Below are positions 25,050 to 36,615 of a stretch of DNA of 64,000 nt, one piece after another. Made by a program: the position numbers and the translations under genes. Source of the DNA: the human T2T-CHM13v2.0 reference genome, Homo sapiens; the NCBI RefSeq assembly GCF_009914755.1, contig NC_060942.1, one strand, 5' to 3'. The notes beneath the pieces were generated by a model that saw only the letters and a program-made list of their open reading frames with translations, searched no databases and was not told the DNA's origin. The stretch's first letter is position 1, and each line of letters starts with the position of its first letter.

Positions 25050-26218
25050 ATCAATTTCAAATCTATGTCTATCTTTTAGTTTTCTTTCTAGAGGGGCTGT
25101 ATGCTAGGGCTCTTATGGCAAAAAACTAGGTGTCAGTTGTTATTTTTCTTGTTGTTGAAGAGCCTCTTTCCTGGTGTTTCCAGACTCTGCAGTGATGAGG
25201 GAGCCACAGATCCACCTCTCTGAGCTCATGTGCATTTCAAGGCCTGCTTCCATGTCGTGAATGTGCATGACTCTTGAGGCCAACACTGCTGTCTGTCTCC
25301 TAAACACTGATGTGGCATCTCCTGAAAATGAGCTTTGGGCCACACTCGATTTCCTGAAATATCATCACAAAGATTATTACAAATAAAATAATTTGGGAGC
25401 ATCATTATATTATATCATATTCTTGCTAAAATGTGAGATCGCCTTCCTGGGCTCCAGGCTGGAAGGAACAGTAGAGTATTATTAAAGAGTTAGCTATGAC
25501 AAGTGGATAAAAAGCAAAACCGAATGCAGAAGTCTGCTATTTAATGTAGTGCGCGCCGGCGTTTACCCAGCTCTGTGTCTGTCATGCACGGCTCTTTTCT
25601 GAGAATGGCACAGACTGTTCTGCATTTGGTTTCTAGAATCAGCAAATTACATTGGCAGAACAAAGCTGTCATATTTGGTGGTATTTTGTTACATCCATTA
25701 TTTCACTTAAGTTTAAACATCTCTTTGCAAAATCAGATCCTACTTTAAAAAATTGCCGTGTTTTGCAACATTAAACAAAATGACAAGCTAGAAAAAAAGT
25801 TGATTAGTAAGCAATGCATTGAGGAAAACTCTCCTTTAGGTTCAGAAATGCAGACTTAAGTCAACAAATGCAGTCACCTTTCTTATAAACAAGAATGTGG
25901 TTTGGAACTTGCAAAAATTTCCAATTAAGTTACGCTCAGTGAAACCACAGGGTCTGGACCACTGGCCCTTGGTAGCTGGGCAGAGGCTAAGTGGGGCTTG
26001 TTGCTACTGACACAAAGAAGCCTTGGCTCAGCCAGCACACTTAGCACCTTGTTAGCCCCGTCACCAGCACATGCCGATTGGTCTCGCCCATGGAGACCAA
26101 ACCACCTGCCAATGGACTGAGTGCTCTCCTGTACCGTCCTCTTGTTTGGCTTCATGTAGACACAACTTATGTCTAAAGCCACCTTCTGATAAAGGAAAGA
26201 TAATGCAGATATAGTCTA

Positions 26219-26656
26219 TGTCTTAATCAGGGTTCTCCAGAGAAATAGAACCAATAGGATGAGATACACAGATAATGGGAATTTGCTCCAGTTGTTATGG
26301 AAGCTGAGAAGTCCCATAACCTGCCATCTGCAAGCTAGAGACCCAGCAAGCCTGGTGGTGTAATTCAGTTCAAGTATGAAGGCCTGAGAACCAGGAGTGC
26401 CGATGTCCGAGGGCAGGAAAAGAGGGAGGTCCCAGCTCAAGCAGAGAGAACACATTTTCTCTCCTTCCACCTCTTTGTTCTAAACAGACCCTCAATGCCC
26501 ACCCACACTGGGGAGAGTGATCTCCACTCAGTCCACTGACACAAATGCCAATTTCTTCCCAAAACACCCTCACAGACACACCCAGAAATCATGTTTTACC
26601 AGTTATCTGGGCATATCTTAGCCCAGTCAAGTTGAAACTTAAAATTAACCATCACA
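26219..26656 (-). mobile_element. MLT2B-like ERVL solo LTR
   Basis: cagggttctccagagaaatagaaccaatagga..gctgagaagtcccat..gaaggcctgagaacca..cccagtcaagttga..aaaattaaccatcaca; TSD gtcta/gtcca. Confidence 0.92.
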
Positions 26657-27362
26657 GTCCAAATCTTTCTTTTCCCTATTTTTATAAACAAAGCATAGAG
26701 AGCAGAAGCACACTTTACAAATACATGTGCGACTGCCATGAAATTGCACAAATAGTCACAGCTCGTGGTTGCACCTGTCTGCATCTTGGGTGTCCTCTGG
26801 CTGCAGGGGAGAAAGTTTGTTTCCCACAAATGTCTGCGGTCCAGATCCTGCCTGTGCCATCCTCCAAGTATTCAGTGCTCTATTCTTGGATTCTACTCCT
26901 CCCTACATTCCTCCATGGTTCCCAGTCTTGGAGCCTGCTAATGGGGTCTGGCAAGTGTCTGCACACTTCACCTCACCGAGGCACCTGCATCTTCCGTCTC
27001 TCTTTACCAAGCCAGATGTCAGGTTGGGTGGATTTCTTTCCCACTTACCTTCTGACCTCTTCCTAAATAAGCACTTCCTGCTAGGCCTCATGCAGCCAGT
27101 TGGTACGGTGCTGAGCAAGACCCCAAGGCCCTGGAATGTGAAGCCCCTGTACCAGGGGAAACTCTCCTTTAGGTTCAGAAATAAAGACTTAAGTCCACAC
27201 CTGGCACAGGCAGGTGTGGAGAAGGCACTGGCTTTACCTGGATGAGCCTGGGAAATCATGGTGGTGATGGAATTTCAAATGTGTTTAAAGAAGGGCAGAG
27301 ACTGATGAATAATGTTTATTCATTCTCAAGGGAGCAGATGCATTTAGAGCCATCATTTAAAA

Positions 27363-27586
27363 CAGGGATCATCGAGCTTATTCTATAAAGAGGCAGACAG
27401 TACATGTTTTAGGATTTTTGGACCACACAGTCTCTGTCACAATGACTCAGCTTTGCCATTGTAGCGTGCAAACAGCCACAAACCATATGCAAACAAAGAG
27501 GGTGTGGTTGTATGCCAATAAAACTTTATTTACAAAAGCAGGAGGACAGTGGAGTTGGCTTGCAGACAGTCATTTGCAGAGCCCTG
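27363..27586 (+). mobile_element. MER58A hAT-Charlie element
   Basis: cacacagtctctgtcacaatgactcagctttgccattgtagc..ccaataaaactttatttacaaaagcagg..ccctg; 8-bp TSD atttaaa(a/g). Confidence 0.9.
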
Positions 27587-27899
27587 ATTTAAAGAGTAAA
27601 ATGTCAGAAAGAAGGGATCTTTAAGGGATCTTTAAGTTGATGTGTTTGTGATTGGAGCAGAGTAGGCTTGTTGCGGGGGTAGGTGACAGGTAAGAGGCAA
27701 ATGTGAATGTGAGATTTATGGACTTAATTATATAGAGATGGCAAGGCACTTGGAGTTCCTTGGAGGGGTTGGGATGGACAAATCACAGGCAGAGAAAACA
27801 ATGTGTTACATTTTCTACTTTTAGGACATTGGTATATTATATTCTAAATTGTTAATTCCTTGGGGAGGAGGAAATAAAAGGAAACCTACAAGTGATTAT

Positions 27900-28020
27900 T
27901 GGTTTTAACTGTGCTCCTAGTGAGGTGGACTTTGTCATCTCATTTTATACAAAAGAAAGTTAAGGGTCTGAGAGGTGGAATAAGTTGTCCATGGGGACTT
28001 TCCTAAATTCATATTCTCTC
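27900..28020 (-). mobile_element. MIR fragment
   Basis: gtgaggtggactttgtcatctcattttatacaaaagaaag..tgagaggtggaataagttgtcca. Confidence 0.55.
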
Positions 28021-29699
28021 CTCTCAAGCACACGTCCCTGGTTGGTTCTTTCTGAATTCTTTGTGGCACCTGGCAGAGCTCTCACTTGTCCTGAGTGACA
28101 AATAACTGTTCTGGCCAATCTTCCCTCTCTCTGCTGCTGAATCTCATGGGGAGCCTGCTCACCCTCCCCTGCCCTCTGTGTGTTTGAAGGCTGCATCTCC
28201 TGGGCTGAGGGTTCGGTGGCCATTGGCTAGGTCTGGCCCTTTCGGGGCATGGGTGAGAGGCGGGGGAGTCAGAGGGAGAGGCCTGGGTGTGCTTTCCCCT
28301 TTGCCTGGGGAGCTGGGTCTTCTCTGGGTCTTCTCTGTGGGTGATCTTGTTCTGGCCTTCCTTTGTCCCTCCAGCCTCCAGCTGTTGTGACTTTCTGCTC
28401 TTACAAATGTACAGGCTGCCTTAATGTTCCCTATTTGGCTCTTAAGCAACTCCATTACCTACCTGGCTGCTTCTCTGCATTTAACTCCTGGTTGGACCAT
28501 GCCTGATGCAGAGTCTGTTATTTTAAAGCTTCACTTATTTGTAAATATATTACTTCTTTCAGGTACTATTTTTTTTTTGTAGGCTAAAACTTTGAACCAA
28601 AGGAACAAATGTAACAGACCATGTCTGTTCTGTTTTCAGATAAGCCCATGGAGCAGATGTATTCCAGGAAAAACACCTCTCAGCCCTGGCCCCAGCAGCT
28701 TCATCCTGGTCATTTGGGTGCCCAAGTATTCCACTCATAAACCACACTGACCTTTCAAATACCACAGGACCGTGCACTTGGCATCTCACATGACAATTCA
28801 CATGACCGTGAATTGACTGTGGTCTTCTTAGTGAATTAAACGTATTTTTTAAAAAAGCCCAATTTCTTGCTAAGGATTAAAAACTCTAAGGCTATTGTTA
28901 AAAAAGAGACTACATAAATAATATTGTTTTGAAAAGTAATTATTCTGCTTCTGATTTTAGCTCTCATTTTGCCTATGTGCAGCAGGAGAGAAGTTTCTAG
29001 ATCATCATTAAAACAACAAAACAGTATCTAGATCTTCTTTCCCTTGTTTTACCTTTTAATTTCCATAAATTGAAAAACAAAATTCCAATTTAAGAAGAAA
29101 CGTGACTTAAAACGTCCAAAATGTGTAAAATAGTTCATTCTAGCCCTTCTGTAAATTCTTACAACTTGGAGTCCAAAGAGAAGCAGCGATACTACGGCCC
29201 TGTAATTATTGAGCCCGGGGGACAGCCTGTCCTTCCTTGCATTCGAGTTCACTTCAGCTGCAATAATACAGACAATGAATGTAGCCCTGGCCAACTCTTT
29301 CATTTTAATGAAATCCACACTTCTGGTATAGAAATGAAAAAGCAAGACTCAAAGATACTCAGAATCATCATATTTTTCCTAAAGGCAACTATGTCGCTGT
29401 GTCCTGCATGTGGACTTGTGCTGTGTGCACATGCTTATGTGGGCGTGCTAGCGCGTGCGCACTCGTGTGCAGCTGTGTGTGTGCCTGTTTATTCCTAATT
29501 GAATGGTGGGATGTTACCATTAGTTTGCTGTTTGCAGACAAAATAAAACCCAGCAGAGACCAGTTAAACTTTGAGATTCTTGCGGCTTACCAAACTCAGA
29601 CTTGCAGCGAAGAGAATAAGAGACAGAGAGAGAAAAGGATGAAAGTGGGAGAAAGAAAAAAGCCTGGTGGTTGGGGGGAGGGATTGTGTTTTTTTCTTT

Positions 29700-30000
29700 T
29701 CCTGAGAAAGTGAATAATGTCATCGTTGATTTAATTAGCAAATTCTAGATGTGCTGACAAAGGAGATTTTCTTGGGCGATGCACTGGGTTGTGTCAGTGC
29801 TGTAAATGAATAGGCAGAGCCGAGTTCCTGGTAATCACAGATGAACAACACAACTCGCCAAACCTCAAACAGTGCATAAATCAATTTGCTGGGAATTAAC
29901 CACTCGCTTCAAAATTAGGGGTTACTTGACAGGGTTTCAGTGATTAGGTTGTCAGGGACCTGTATTTCTAGCTGGGATTTATCTATCATTGATATGAGCG
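29700..30000. promoter_or_regulatory. Candidate conserved developmental enhancer (PBX-HOX and TALE motifs)
   Basis: Repeat-free; TGATTTAT on the minus strand (ataaatca 29876-29883), tgatttaatta at 29727, TGACAG at 29927 and several more TGACA/TGTCA. Confidence 0.45.
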
Positions 30001-31534
30001 TATCTCCCCCTGAGCTGCAGACTGACTTGCATCGCCAGCTCGCAGGCCGAGCTCAGAGGGTGGGGGCCCTGCCTTCCGGGGAGCAGACGGCCCTCTGGAG
30101 GTCACCCGGGCAGAGAGGAGAGGGAAGATGTGCTGGCTCTTCACACTCCTCCTAATGCCTCTCATATTAGCCGGAGAATTGTGAATGAGGGAATGTGTCT
30201 TAGAATCCTTCTGACATCACATGACCCCTTTGATAGCATAAAGAGCTTAACAATTTGTTAAACGAGATGCCTAAAAGTGTACAACTGCCCAGAGAAATTA
30301 GTGAAAAGCAATAAGGCACCGCAAGGTCACTGAGCTCAGGGAGCTGGATCCACGGTGTCGTCAGGGTGCAGCGCTCTGGGCCTCTGACTTCAAGCTGGGA
30401 CCAGCTGCCCCTGCTGAGGGCCTCAGCAAGGGGCCTTCCACTCTGGGGCAGGCGGAAGAGGAAAAGGCTGTGATGATCCACCTCCTCAGGCCAGACTGAA
30501 CATGAATTGGGGAAGGGGCACGCCTTCGGGCCAGGTTTCTTATCTCACACGTTTCCTTTATTGGCCAGCCCTTCACTGACCATTACTAGGTGCACTCCTG
30601 CCCACTTAGAAGTGTACACTCCCGCTTGACAGCTCCTTGCTCCCTAAGAACAATCCAGGCGTTCTATTAAGTTTAACCTGTAAGGACCACAGTTTATTAG
30701 GCTGGGCCCAAGGACATTAACCCTGCAACACTGTCAAACAACATGGAAATACAGGTCCCCGGTCCCATCACCATAATTTGATAGCAGCAATGCCCAAATC
30801 ATTAGCCACATTCCCAGAAATCTCTTACCATCCCTTCTCTTTTCCTCTATTTCTTTTCCCTAATTACCTTTTTCTTTCATTATTTCCCAAGTCGGCAAAG
30901 CTTAACTTGGGCTCCCTCTTCTTGTTTGGGATTTCTGGAAGGGGGTTTGCTTGCATCTACCCTTGTGATTCATGCATCCTCTTCTCACACTCACCCCTGG
31001 CACTCTTGGAAAGCAATGATGTGCCTTTCTCTTCATTTAGATGACCTTCAGCACCTCAAAATCACAGCATCTCCAAGCATCCCTACCCAATTCTTGGGTG
31101 CCCAATCCAAGAGTGTCAAGGTCAACTTAAATAGAATGGGTTTGCTTTACTGGGAGGTAAAATAAAATGTTCCTCTTTCAATTACTAGAAAATGCCATTG
31201 GATTCAACTGTAGCAGTTTTGGTGTTTCCTTCCTGTAACAGCTCTCCTGCTAATCATGTTTCTTTCTCATATCGCTTCCTGTTCGCTTACAGCCCATTAA
31301 TTGATCATTAAAGTCCTCCTCAATTTCATTGAGTACCCAACTTCCCTATTTTGGTGTCCTCACAAGGCAAATGTTTACAAGATTGTTATTTTTCTTCTTC
31401 ACTTAAAAAATGAAACTGACCCATCAATTTCTGTGAATCTTTCTGCCACCCTCCCTAAAATCCACTTTACTTTAGCCATGTCTATGGTCTACTAGGGCAA
31501 ATATTCAAAAACCTCTAAGCTACTTAAAAACTAA

Positions 31535-31986
31535 AACCAACTTTATTGATGTACAATTTACATTCCATCAAATAGTTACCTGTTTTCACTGTACAGCCCA
31601 ATGAATTATAGGAAATTTACATAATTGTGCGACCATCACCATAATCTAACTTTAGAACATTTCCATCAAACCCCACAAAGAAACTCCATGCTCATTAGTA
31701 GTCATTCCCCCCTTTGGCTACCCAGCCCTAGCCAACCACTGCTGTAATTCCTGTCTTAATTGGTTTGCCTATTCTGGACGTTTCAAGTAAACAGAATCAA
31801 ATAATTTGTGGTTTTATGTGTCTGGCTTGTTTCACCTAACAATGTTTTTTGAGGTATATCTGCGTTGTAGCTTGTATCAGTACTTCATTCTTTTCCATGG
31901 CTGAATAGTATTCCATTGTATGGATATAGCACATTTTATTTATCCGTTACCAGTTGATGGCCTTTTAGGTTGTTTCCACTTTCAGC
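31535..31986 (-). mobile_element. L1MB-type LINE-1 3' end
   Basis: caactttattgatgtacaatttaca..ttagaacatttccatc..tttgcctattctggacgtttca..ggctgaatagtattccattgtatggatata..gttgtttccacttt. Confidence 0.9.
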
Positions 31987-33099
31987 CCTAATTTTACCCA
32001 GGTGCCGGACTACTTGAATAAGTCCATTATTATAAATCCTTCTTTCTCTGTTACAGGCCATACAGCTTGTCTATTTCCAGGAAGCCCGGAGGTCCTCAAG
32101 CACATATGTATTTAAAACCTCCTCTTTCCGGTCCTCATTTCCTTCAGATCATCCTCCTAATGCCTCTCCAGCTTGTGGTCTGTAATTAATTAAGTCAACC
32201 AAATAATGTATTTTGTATAAAAAAGCCAGGAGATAAAACTGATTGCTTGATTTAAATTTGGTCAAAGAGATGAACAAAAATAATTAACGCAACCCATCCC
32301 TGGACAGCACAACCCTAAAATCACTTCTGCTCCCTGATTTGTACATCTTTGCTCACTGACCATCTGGACCTTTCTCTTAAATGCTGACTGCAAATGTCTC
32401 TCTAATATAGCAAGCTGCTGAAATCTTTAGCCAAGGATCTTCCCGCTAATTCTGAGCATGTGATGTTATTGAAGACTGGCCTCTGCTCTGCCTCTGACAC
32501 CAAGTCCCCATCTGGGTTCCAAGGAAGGCTGCTCTGTTTGCTTGCATCTAGTTTGAGTTCATTAGGATCTGAATATTTTTGCACTAAAAGAAATAAAACA
32601 TATTTTGGAGTAGTTAGAGCATCTTGGAGAGTTGAATTTTGGGAACATGTTTGTGCCTTCTCACTTCCCATAATCAGGAAGTTGCTGGAACCAACGATGT
32701 TAACGTGTAGCTTTGAGACATGAGTCCTGCCAAAACTCCTCCGTGTGAGCTGCTGCCTTCCACGTCCAACCGACATGGCTTTCCTCTCTCCAGGTTTCCT
32801 TCTGGATCACCAGGTCACTCCTTGTCAATGTCCTCAAGAGCCAACCTAGAGGATTATCTGTCCTTCAGGAGGAAACCAGGCCAGGAGCAGTAACTGAAGA
32901 TGGGAGCTTTGTTTGTTGTCTGTTTTCTGTGATTACACCAGGGTCACAAAAGTCACAATGGTGAACTCTGCACAAGAAGGGCTATGGTTTATCCCTGCCT
33001 CAGCTCTCGCTGGGCCTCTGCTCGAGAGCTCGCTGCCCCAAAGATCAGCCCCAAGATGGGGTCTGTTTCTTTCCATTGATGAATCTCTTCTCAATGTAG

Positions 33100-33442
33100 C
33101 CATTCATGACAAAAATGGCTACAGGAACAGAAATGGCTCCAAATGAAGCCATTCTCATGACAAAGACGGTAATGAGGACCAAAAAACGGCACAAAATCAA
33201 TTTATTCTCATGACAACCTTAAGATTGTAATGAGGACAAGAAAAACAGTCTGAAATTTATCAATTCTTGTGACAACCTTGAGACAGTAACGAAAGCGGCA
33301 AATGGTATGAAATTGGCCCACTCTCTTGACAAACAGTGAAACAAAACCGGAAAATAGCACCACATTTACCTACCCTATAGACAGCCCAGCGACTGGAACA
33401 AGAAGAGAAAAGATTACAAGATTAACCCATTCCTGTCAAAAA
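33100..33442. repeat. Ancient diverged tandem array, ~6-7 units of 49-59 bp
   Basis: Core attctcatgacaa (or variant) at ~33102, 33151, 33204, 33263, 33320, 33372, 33429, each followed by related gtaatgaggac..aaaa..aaat sequence. Confidence 0.75.
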
Positions 33443-35233
33443 TAATCTTGAAAGGGTAGCCTCCCACATGTCCTTTAACAATGACCGCACCTAGGTAGAG
33501 TTACATGTTAACTCCAGACTTTGCTGTGAGATGGAATTCTTGTTCGCTTGGATTCCCAGTTGACAGTCACGTTTCTTTAGGATCTGTGAAAATTAACTTG
33601 TACTGATATTACGGGCTAGGCAATGCGACAGTCACTCTAGATCAGCTTTTATTTGATGGTCTTAAAGTGCTCTCTCAGTCTGGACTTATTAAAAGGATAA
33701 CGCATAAGGCATATAAGCATTGCAACAGTGATACGGACAATCATTCTAGAAATACCCACGAAAGTGACAAGTGAAAGGGACGGGGAATGGAGGCAACTTT
33801 CCGAGTCAGTGGAACAGTTGCTGCTGCATATTCCATAGAAAAATGGAGTTTTGGGGTGTGTGTTACTGAACCAGTATCTGTTCCTCAACCTCAATTTAGC
33901 TTTCTCATGCATGTAGGAACTCACAGATATTCTCAAAGAAGACATTGGAGAAGAAGAGCTCCTCAGCAGAGTGAGCATTCACTACAACACAGCTTAATGA
34001 TTTGGGATCACCTGGTTGCTAGTTAATAATCCAGATACGTGATTTAGTAGGTCTGGAAGTGGAGAATACCAGGAATATACACATTTAAAAAAGAAAATGT
34101 CATTTTTGAGCATGCTGAAGTTGGAGAAGCATCAATTTATTGTGTGCAAAGGTACTGGTTTGCAGAAGCTGGATTTATGATTCCTAATCAAAGACTTCAC
34201 TCACTAATTCCTTCCTGCTAAAACTGCTAAGTTCCATCCTTGACATCACTGATGAGTAAGTAGCAGAGGGCCAAGTTTTAATGTCAATTCAAGTGCCAGT
34301 CAGCTTTTCCAGGGCTTATAATAATTATTGATGAGTGATTGAATGACAGAGATTGGAAGTAATGGCTTGCTTTGCTTGGCTGGCAAGTACAGAGATAATA
34401 AAGAGACGGAAGTCTCTCCTGTCTGACTGCTGGTTTTCATTACATGAAATGTGAAGTGGTCAAGTCTTTTTCTTTGTCTATCTGCCTATTTACTGTTCCA
34501 ATTGATTTGGTAGGTGTTGAGTGATAAGGAAGGAGAATATTTTTTGTTCCCTGAGAGTAGATCAATTTCTTCATTATTGCATTCCTTAAACAATTGGATG
34601 CTAACTTGAGTTCTAACATTTTTTGTCTACTACAGTTTCTACATTTTCTCCCCTCTCTTTTGTTGGTGGTGGGCTTCTAGTGTTTTTTGCAGAGCTCAAG
34701 GGGTTGGATGTGAATTGTAAGGTTTTGGCAAAGGCTCTGTGTCCAGCGTCTCATCTTTCCTCTGTTTTGGAATGAGTCCGGTAATGACTGCACCAACGTG
34801 TCACTGTTGTTTCCCCAGGCACTCTCTCTGGAGACCTCTCTCAGTGGGATCAGTGGCCTTGATGATCTGAATATTTTCGGTCAAGTTCAAGGTCAGGACA
34901 TTGAACGGATAAAGAGGAATATATGAGGATTGCTTGCAGGTTAACGTGAATTTTGTCATATGACAAGTTTGTACAATTCTGTATTTTATTTTAACAATTC
35001 TAGGTGGCCCAAGAGCCAGGAAATTGGATACAATGTTGGGGATTTTCAGATCAATGTCAGTAGACGTGCAAGTTGCTAAAGTGTGTTTAAGGTGGTAGAG
35101 GAGGCAGCTTTCAAGTAGGTAACCTCAATTTAGGTTCCAACAAAGTCATGAGGCTAATAGTCTGGTTGAGCTGGGAGGGGTTGAGTGATAGGTAAGGACA
35201 GAGTTTCTTCTTGTTGGTCAATGCTGGGCAGGG

Positions 35234-35235
<2 letters not shown>

Positions 35236-35288
<53 letters not shown>
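35236..35288. repeat. (GA)n microsatellite, ~26 units
   Basis: Uninterrupted GA run. Confidence 0.98.
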
Positions 35289-35289
<1 letters not shown>

Positions 35290-35494
35290 CAGGGCGTGAA
35301 AGAAAAAGAGAGGAAAGAGAGAGCGACACAGAAATATCATAAATTGAAGACGATAATTAAGTCACTTTTTGTTGTTCTCTTTTTTAGTCTAAATTATCTC
35401 AAGTGTCTTTTAACCTTTGTTCAAGGAATCTAACTTCTTCTTCATCATTTTTGTCACTCTTTTCTGCATTCTCTCCAGGTTTCCCCATAAGTTC

Positions 35495-35690
35495 AGAAGT
35501 GTTATCTCATTTCTTTCCACAGCATACCCATGAGGTAACTAGGGTCATTGCTAAGCTCAAATTTACAGATTGGATGAAAGTAAGGCTCATGGTGAGTAGA
35601 TGATTTACTCAAGGTCAAACTGCATGGAGGTGTCAGGGCCAGAATTAGACTGAGTCCCCAGGTTCTGCTCCGTGGACCACGTCTCTCCTG
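35495..35690 (-). mobile_element. MIR SINE
   Basis: ttatctcattt..cccatgaggta..atttacagat..aaggctca..gatttactcaaggtcaaac..cagggccagaattaga. Confidence 0.7.
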
Positions 35691-36479
35691 GTCCTTTCTC
35701 TTGAGACGCATAACAATTACTCAACTTCAAAACTCCTTCTAAAGGACTTCCCGTTTGTTTCATTCAGAATTTTACTTCTAGAAAATAAATACAAATGTAA
35801 AAAGTGCTTTAGTGTGGCTGCATGCTTCTGTTTCTTTTTCACACACTTATTTAGGCTGTACTTACACACAGCATCACTTTTACACATGCACAAATGCTTT
35901 GTAACTCATGTCAGTCAAACAAATGATTAATTATAAAATTAGTAAATACTTCCTGATGAGTTTTGACGGCCATGCAATTTTTTTCACATTGGTTTGTGGG
36001 TGTTTAGGAAGTCCTAGAAAAGATACCAAGCCGGAGGTGGTGAGAGATTATGTCCAGTTTTAGACCTGAACCCAGTCCAGGCTAGGAGAAGGTGCTGTTT
36101 CATTTCCATATTGGATTGTACCTCCCTCCAAAATTCTTCCTTAAAGACTGCCAATCCAGGAGAAGTGTCAATGCAGACAATAACCAGAAAATTGTCCAGA
36201 TTTTTTTCCTGTAATGAGATGTTGCTGTCTTGGAAACTGCATGGCAGGTAGCGAATTGTCATGTCTGCCTCCCATGGGATTTACAGCAGTGATATGTTGT
36301 CAAAATGGGCTTTGCTAAAGCTAAGTGCCCATGTCCAATATAATCCCTTCTACACAGGTGATACTCAATGAACTGTTAAGAAATCTTTAGTTTACATTCG
36401 TCTATTGTATTGGAATGGGCAGAAGCCACACACTTTGTAGGTGTTTGAGTGATTCTTTGCCTGTTCTTTCTTTGACTAG

Positions 36480-36615
36480 TTAATGAATTCACTCGGAGAA
36501 GGGAGTCCTCCTGTTTCACCCATCATCACATCCCTGTGCTCAGTATCATGCACTGAACATAGTAGAGTCTCAATTAATATTTGCTCAATGGGTTAAATGA
36601 GTGAAACATTGAATG
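36480..36615 (+). mobile_element. L2 3' end
   Basis: catccctgtgctcagtatcatgcactgaacatagtagagtctcaattaatatttgctcaatg. Confidence 0.65.

Noticed and set aside
27612-27636. aagggatcttt x2
   Set aside because: Trivial 11-bp slippage duplication
33100-33442. CRISPR-like or coding-repeat reading of the ~55-bp array
   Set aside because: The segments between cores are homologous to each other rather than unique spacers, the cores are short and degenerate, there are no cas genes, the DNA is primate, and the spacings do not keep one reading frame
35111-35433. ER- and SL-repeat ORFs
   Set aside because: Produced by the (GA)n microsatellite; the YLSI-repeat ORFs at ~50 kb likewise come from (TCTA)n
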